Shown here: positions 44,098 to 48,066 of the stretch, piece after piece | Layout of the letters: every line of letters begins with the position of its first letter | Position numbering within the stretch: the first letter of the stretch is position 1 | Notes under the pieces: generated by a model | Databases searched by the model: none | What the model was told of the DNA's origin: nothing | What the model saw: the letters and a program-made list of their open reading frames with translations, nothing else | Made by a program: the position numbers and the translations under genes | From: an uncultured Candidatus Saccharibacteria bacterium | GTDB lineage: Bacteria; Patescibacteriota; Minisyncoccia; Phycocordibacterales; XYD1-FULL-46-19 | DNA length: 48,066 nucleotides | Assembly (NCBI GenBank): GCA_964355855.1 | Contig: CAYHFD010000003.1 | Location: 11,487 to 59,552, forward strand | Direction of reading: 5' to 3'

Positions 44098-44130
44098 AAC
44101 TCCCGCGCGAGCTACGCTCGCGCGGGAGTT
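44098..44130. terminator. GC hairpin between the SBP gene and livH (terminator-like)
   Basis: AACTCCCGCGCGAGC-TAC-GCTCGCGCGGGAGTT. Shares its outer AACTCCCG/CGGGAGTT with the hairpin at 47383-47415. No clean U-tract on the minus strand. Confidence 0.4.
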
Positions 44131-44152
44131 GTGTAAAAAACTATTTCTAGCT

Positions 44153-45295
44153 TTATTCGACAGGCACAGTGACTCCGTTTTTAACCACATTCAACACATG
44201 TCCACCGTCACGATCGCCATTAGACTTTATCGTAGTAAGACCAGATGCCCCTTCCCAATTTTTTACACCGCGAAGCCATTTGGCCACCTTTTCGCCGCTA
44301 TAACCCACCTCTTCCACTGCGTCACGAATGAGGTACAACGCGTCATATTCGGTCTGAGCATAACTTGGAAATGGCAACTCGCCCCCGAATTTGGCGGTGT
44401 AGTTACTTTTCAGGGATTCAAATTTAGTATTGCCTGGGTTAATACCATACTGAGCCGAGAGAGCACCCTCTGTCAGAGTAGGAGCACTAGCCACAGTAGC
44501 AGGATCAGAAGCAACATCAGAGAAAATTATTTGGGGCTTCCAGTTTAGTTCAATCAACTGTTTTAATATCCGCTGTGCCGCCGCCGGAGTTTGGACATCA
44601 AGAAAAAGAGCATCCGGATTTTCTGCTTTCAACTTATTCAACTGGGATCGAAAATCGGAAGTTTCACTGACATACGTCTCATTCACAACCGCACCGCCAC
44701 CATTCTCAAATTCTCCAGAAAAAGAGTTAAAAATACCGATTGCATAATCCGTCTGCTCCTGCATAAATGCCACTTTCTTCATATCACGCTCGAGGGCAGC
44801 CTTAGCAAGAACAATGCCTTGAGTATTGTCGCTTGGATAATTGCGAACAAAAAACTTGCTGGCGTCAGTCAAGTCGGGACTGCTGGATCCGGGTGAAAAA
44901 ACAATTACCTTGGATTGTTCAGCCACTGGTATTACCGCTAGGGACTCGCTACTACAGATACCACCAATAATAATCTGCACCTTGTCGACATTGACCAGCT
45001 TTTGTGCGGCCGAGGCGGCGCTAGCACCGCTACATTTTCCATCCTCGACTATCAATTCGACATCATGACCATCAATACCACCGGCGACATTTATTTCATC
45101 GGCCGCTAGCCTCAAGATGTTTACATATGGTTCGCCATATACTGCCCCATCACCAGTCATTGGACTAATCACCCCAATTTTGATTGGTTCACCTTCTGCC
45201 AGATCAGTTCCAGCACTTTTGTTGCTCCAGCCATACCAAGCAATAGCCCCAATTATGACGATGACCACGACTGCGATAATTGTATTTTTGAGCAT
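44153..45295 (-). CDS. ABC substrate-binding protein, LivJ-like (paralog 2)
   Basis: MLKNTIIAVVVIVIIGAIAWYGWSNK anchor, GEPIKIGVISPMTGDGA, INVAGGIDGHDVELIVEDGKC. Confidence 0.85.
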   Translation of the reverse strand: MLKNTIIAVVVIVIIGAIAWYGWSNKSAGTDLAEGEPIKIGVISPMTGDGAVYGEPYVNILRLAADEINVAGGIDGHDVELIVEDGKCSGASAASAAQKLVNVDKVQIIIGGICSSESLAVIPVAEQSKVIVFSPGSSSPDLTDASKFFVRNYPSDNTQGIVLAKAALERDMKKVAFMQEQTDYAIGIFNSFSGEFENGGGAVVNETYVSETSDFRSQLNKLKAENPDALFLDVQTPAAAQRILKQLIELNWKPQIIFSDVASDPATVASAPTLTEGALSAQYGINPGNTKFESLKSNYTAKFGGELPFPSYAQTEYDALYLIRDAVEEVGYSGEKVAKWLRGVKNWEGASGLTTIKSNGDRDGGHVLNVVKNGVTVPVE

Positions 45296-45314
45296 ATTAA
45301 TTTTATTGTTCTAA

Positions 45315-46448
45315 TTATTTTATGACTTCAGCCTTACCATTTTTTACCACTTTAACTACATAATTTGCCCCAACAACATCTCCGTTATCATCAAATCTGA
45401 CCTCGTCGGTAAGGACGCCGTTTTTGTATATGGTCTTGTACAGCTCATCTTTTATGGCAGTTGCATTTGTTCCAACCTTATTCATAACTTGAGACAAAAT
45501 GTAAACCCCATCATAAGCAGTCGGGCTGCACAGTCCAACTTCATCACTTCCGGTCTTCTCTTTCATTTTAGATTGGTAGACCAAAGTATTTTGGGCTTGA
45601 GGCTTGATAAACATTATGCCCTCGGCCGCAGTCCCAGCTTCCGCCCAGATCTTAGGATCATCCCAAGCATCGGCTCCTAAAATTGGCAAATTCAATTTAA
45701 GTTCCTCGACTTGTTTCAAGCCAGGAATAGAAGCTTCCGAGTAACCAATAAAATAAAGTAATTCTGGATTGGAGGATTTTATTTTTGAGATTTGAGATCT
45801 GAGGTCGCGAGCATTTTGATCATAACCTTCAGCTAGGGTAATCGTGCCGCCAAGCTCTTCAAATTTTTGAACGAACTCTTCTTTAATACCAACCCCCCAG
45901 TCAGCCTTGACAAAGAGAACCCCAACTTTTTTCTTATTCAGAGTGTTATATACATATTTAGACGCAAAATCTGCCTGATAGATATCGGACGGTACATTGC
46001 GAAAAGTGTAATCACCAGCGGTCGTCAAAGTCGGAGCCGACGAACAATAAGAAAACACCACGGTCTTGGTTTGCTCGGCTAAGCCCGAAAATGCCAGTGT
46101 CTCGCCAGAACATGCCCCACCCAAAATGACCGGTACCTTGTCGATACTGATCAGCTTATTAGCCGCACTGGAGGCATCTTTACCGTTACATTTCCCATCT
46201 TCATAAATAAGTTCAAGCGGTCGACCGTCTATTCCCCCGGCTTCGTTAACTTCAGCAACAGCAAGTTCAGTGGCGACTTTAGCATTCTGACCAATACTGG
46301 CACCATCACCAGTCAAAGGTCCAATCCAACCGATTTTAATCGGCTCCCCTGATGCCGGAACACGCGCGCTATTTTTATTACTCCAACCATACCAACCTAA
46401 GGCAACAATGATAATAACCACCACGACTGCGATAATTGTATTTTTCAT
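45315..46448 (-). CDS. ABC substrate-binding protein, LivJ-like (paralog 1)
   Basis: MKNTIIAVVVVIIIVALGWYGWSNK anchor, GEPIKIGWIGPLTGDGA, VNEAGGIDGRPLELIYEDGKC. Confidence 0.85.
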   Translation of the reverse strand: MKNTIIAVVVVIIIVALGWYGWSNKNSARVPASGEPIKIGWIGPLTGDGASIGQNAKVATELAVAEVNEAGGIDGRPLELIYEDGKCNGKDASSAANKLISIDKVPVILGGACSGETLAFSGLAEQTKTVVFSYCSSAPTLTTAGDYTFRNVPSDIYQADFASKYVYNTLNKKKVGVLFVKADWGVGIKEEFVQKFEELGGTITLAEGYDQNARDLRSQISKIKSSNPELLYFIGYSEASIPGLKQVEELKLNLPILGADAWDDPKIWAEAGTAAEGIMFIKPQAQNTLVYQSKMKEKTGSDEVGLCSPTAYDGVYILSQVMNKVGTNATAIKDELYKTIYKNGVLTDEVRFDDNGDVVGANYVVKVVKNGKAEVIK

Positions 46449-46520
46449 TTAATTTCTGAATATAAATTAATAATCTGTTTTTAAACTATAGCTAAGGGTA
46501 GGGGTAAAGTCAAAACCACC

Positions 46521-46543
46521 CCGGGCGCGCGGAGCGCGCCCGG
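46521..46543 (-). terminator. GC hairpin after the KH gene
   Basis: CCGGGCGCGC-TCC-GCGCGCCCGG, followed on the minus strand by GGTGGTTTTGACTTTACCCC. Confidence 0.45.
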
Positions 46544-46668
46544 ACTTTTCCTCCCCAACGAAAAACAAGGCCTGTTTTAGGGGGTCGTGAGCGCGACGGC
46601 GTGAACGTTTCAGAATTTTCCAAGCTTCGGAAAATTCGTACCCTAAAATAGGTCTTGTTTGTAGTACC

Positions 46669-46992
46669 CTACATCTTCAAATCCTCCATCGCTTGGTCCA
46701 CCGAAGCGGCCGCACTTTGGGTCTGGGCCCGCAAGCCACCCTCTGGCTCGTTTATTTTAAGATTTACCCGCGCATTGTTTTTCATTCCCACCACGCGCAA
46801 CAAAGTCCGAATTGCCTTAGCAGTATTGCCCTGCCGACCAATAATCTTGCCCATATCTTCGGAATGTACATCCAGAGTAATCAGCACGCCCATCTCGTCT
46901 ACTTTGCGATCAACCTTTACAGCCTCCGGATGATCGACTAATGCTTTGACCACCATTTCCAGAAAATCTTTGTCTGAATAATTTTCAGCCAT
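46669..46992 (-). CDS. KH-domain RNA-binding protein (YlqC/UPF0109)
   Basis: VKALVDHPEAVKV...GVLITLDVHSEDMGKIIGRQGNTAKAIRTLL. Sits in the usual position after rpsP. Confidence 0.9.
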   Translation of the reverse strand: MAENYSDKDFLEMVVKALVDHPEAVKVDRKVDEMGVLITLDVHSEDMGKIIGRQGNTAKAIRTLLRVVGMKNNARVNLKINEPEGGLRAQTQSAAASVDQAMEDLKM

Positions 46993-47088
46993 TGTAGTAT
47001 TATGCTAAAAAGCTTGTTAATGAAAAGGAAAACTTTTCCCCTTTCTTTATTTTAATTCTAGGGAAAAGAAGACTAAAAGTCAAAGTCT

Positions 47089-47349
47089 CTATTTTATACC
47101 GATTTTTCTTTTCACCAGAAGCATATTGTCCTCCAGTTTCTCAATCCGCCGCTCGTGGTTAGGCAAGAAGTGGTCGTCAATATGATCTAATCGTTTGTTA
47201 ACTTCCACAAATCCTTTCTCCATTTCACCACGAAGATCGGTAAAACCATTTTCCATTTTGCTATGAATTTCAGTGAAGCCATTCTGAACCATAGCCGCCA
47301 AATCACTAGTCGTTATATTTTTTGTTTTTTTACCAGTTTTTTTCATCAT
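47089..47349 (-). CDS. Hypothetical 86-aa protein with three NGFTE/NGFTD/KGFVE repeats
   Basis: The ORF lies between rpsP and the KH gene. QNGFTEIHSKMENGFTDLRGEMEKGFVEVNKRL. No family recognised. Confidence 0.5.
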   Translation of the reverse strand: MMKKTGKKTKNITTSDLAAMVQNGFTEIHSKMENGFTDLRGEMEKGFVEVNKRLDHIDDHFLPNHERRIEKLEDNMLLVKRKIGIK

Positions 47350-47382
47350 CTGCCAATTATATATCCGTAACCAAAACGAGTA

Positions 47383-47415
47383 AACTCCCGGCGGGCCGTA
47401 GGCCCGCCGGGAGTT
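47383..47415. terminator. GC hairpin after rpsP
   Basis: AACTCCCGGCGGGCC-GTA-GGCCCGCCGGGAGTT, with an A-run and a T-run on either side. Confidence 0.55.
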
Positions 47416-47426
47416 GTTTTTTAATC

Positions 47427-47966
47427 TTATTTTTCGGCTTCTACCGTCGGTGCCTCTTCGGGAGCCATCTCGGCCACTGGTTCAATTGCCGCTTCGAGGA
47501 CCACAACTTCCGGAACAGTTTCTTCGGTCGGCGCTGCCAGCACGGGAACAGACTCCTCTTCAGCTTTGGCTTCGGCAGTTTCTTCGGCTAACGCTTCGCT
47601 CTTTGGTTCGACGGCATCTTCAGCCGGCTTTATTTCTGTTTCTTCCACTTTAGCGGCCGCCACCGGTTCAGTAGCGACGGCCTTGGCCTCGACCGGCTTT
47701 ACCTTTGGTAAATTATTCACTTTTTTACCTTTAATTATCCCAAAACGAATCAGCATATTATTTACTGTGTCAGAAGTTAAAGCCCCCATACCAATCCAGT
47801 GTTTAATCCGATCACCGTTTAGCAAAGGCTTACCCTGACGAGCGTCATACGAACCAAGCACTTCTAAAAACTTTCCACTCTGGGGACCATTTTGCGACTC
47901 GGTAACAACCACTCGAAAAGAGGGGTCATTTTTGCGTCCAACTCGCTGTAGTCGTAGTTTTAACAT
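47427..47966 (-). CDS. rpsP: 30S ribosomal protein S16 with Ala/Glu/Pro-rich C-terminal extension
   Basis: MLKLRLQRVGRKNDPSFRVVV... (start at the 7th codon of the listed ORF). About 90 extra low-complexity residues (AEEESVPVLAAPTEE...). Confidence 0.9.
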   Translation of the reverse strand: MLKLRLQRVGRKNDPSFRVVVTESQNGPQSGKFLEVLGSYDARQGKPLLNGDRIKHWIGMGALTSDTVNNMLIRFGIIKGKKVNNLPKVKPVEAKAVATEPVAAAKVEETEIKPAEDAVEPKSEALAEETAEAKAEEESVPVLAAPTEETVPEVVVLEAAIEPVAEMAPEEAPTVEAEK

Positions 47967-48066
47967 ACCGCAACACAATAGCAAACATGGCCGCTATAGT
48001 CAAACACCCACTTGGTACATTCAACCTTGAAGTGCAACACTCGCATTAAAAACTTCTAATGGTGTT

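Noticed and set aside
21492-47984. Numerous 60-150-aa ORFs antisense to rpoB, rpoC, dnaG, rpoD, liv genes and rpsP
   Set aside because: These are typical shadow ORFs inside long, strongly supported genes on the opposite strand.
1-48066. Alternative genetic code (UGA as Gly, as in some CPR lineages)
   Set aside because: Long conserved genes (rpoB, rpoC, dnaG, pepF) are uninterrupted under the standard code and end at sensible positions.

Overview
This 48-kb window reads like a Patescibacteria/CPR-type (Parcubacteria-like) chromosome segment. It uses the standard code, is mostly minus-strand, and has almost no Shine-Dalgarno usage; many starts sit 5-8 nt after a -10 box. All family names below come from motifs read in the translations. 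No database search was run.

Core genes:
- rpoB-rpoC-dnaG-rpoD (21.5-31.5 kb)
- trmD, rpsP and a KH protein
- pepF, tsaC, a CsaA-like protein, and a VKOR plus DsbA-like pair

Right third: one liv-type ABC importer (livH, livM, livG, livF) with seven paralogous substrate-binding proteins, a divergent TrmB regulator and a SLOG-like gene. All of this is wedged between rpsP-KH and trmD.

Left third (0.3-15.5 kb), accessory:
1. An array of self-contained promoter-SD-ORF-terminator cassettes with recycled flanks. They carry a nucleoside 2-deoxyribosyltransferase-like gene, a frameshifted stand-alone PurH-N/IMP-cyclohydrolase-like gene and a 107-aa unknown. They are interleaved with Nudix, hydrolase, methyltransferase and NYN genes.
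2. A 7.3-kb island bracketed by two about 178-nt structured direct repeats. The island holds two anticodon-domain-less aaRS paralogs (class II Asn/Asp-like, class I Lys-like), an MccF-like S66 peptidase, a kinase, a methyltransferase, a Nudix, a histidine phosphatase and a frameshifted gene.
3. A tRNA-Asn(GUU) split by a 253-nt group I intron.

The 3' end of this tRNA recurs as decayed copies in every cassette leader. It also occurs, split by a covarying hairpin, inside both 178-nt repeats. That suggests serial tRNA-targeted insertion or a tRNA-derived RNA family.

Other oddities:
- a 42-nt intergenic repeat inserted in frame in trmD
- paired ArsR operators
- a PaaX/Cas2-fold-like gene flanked by palindromes
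- a roughly 330-nt repeat-rich rpoB leader
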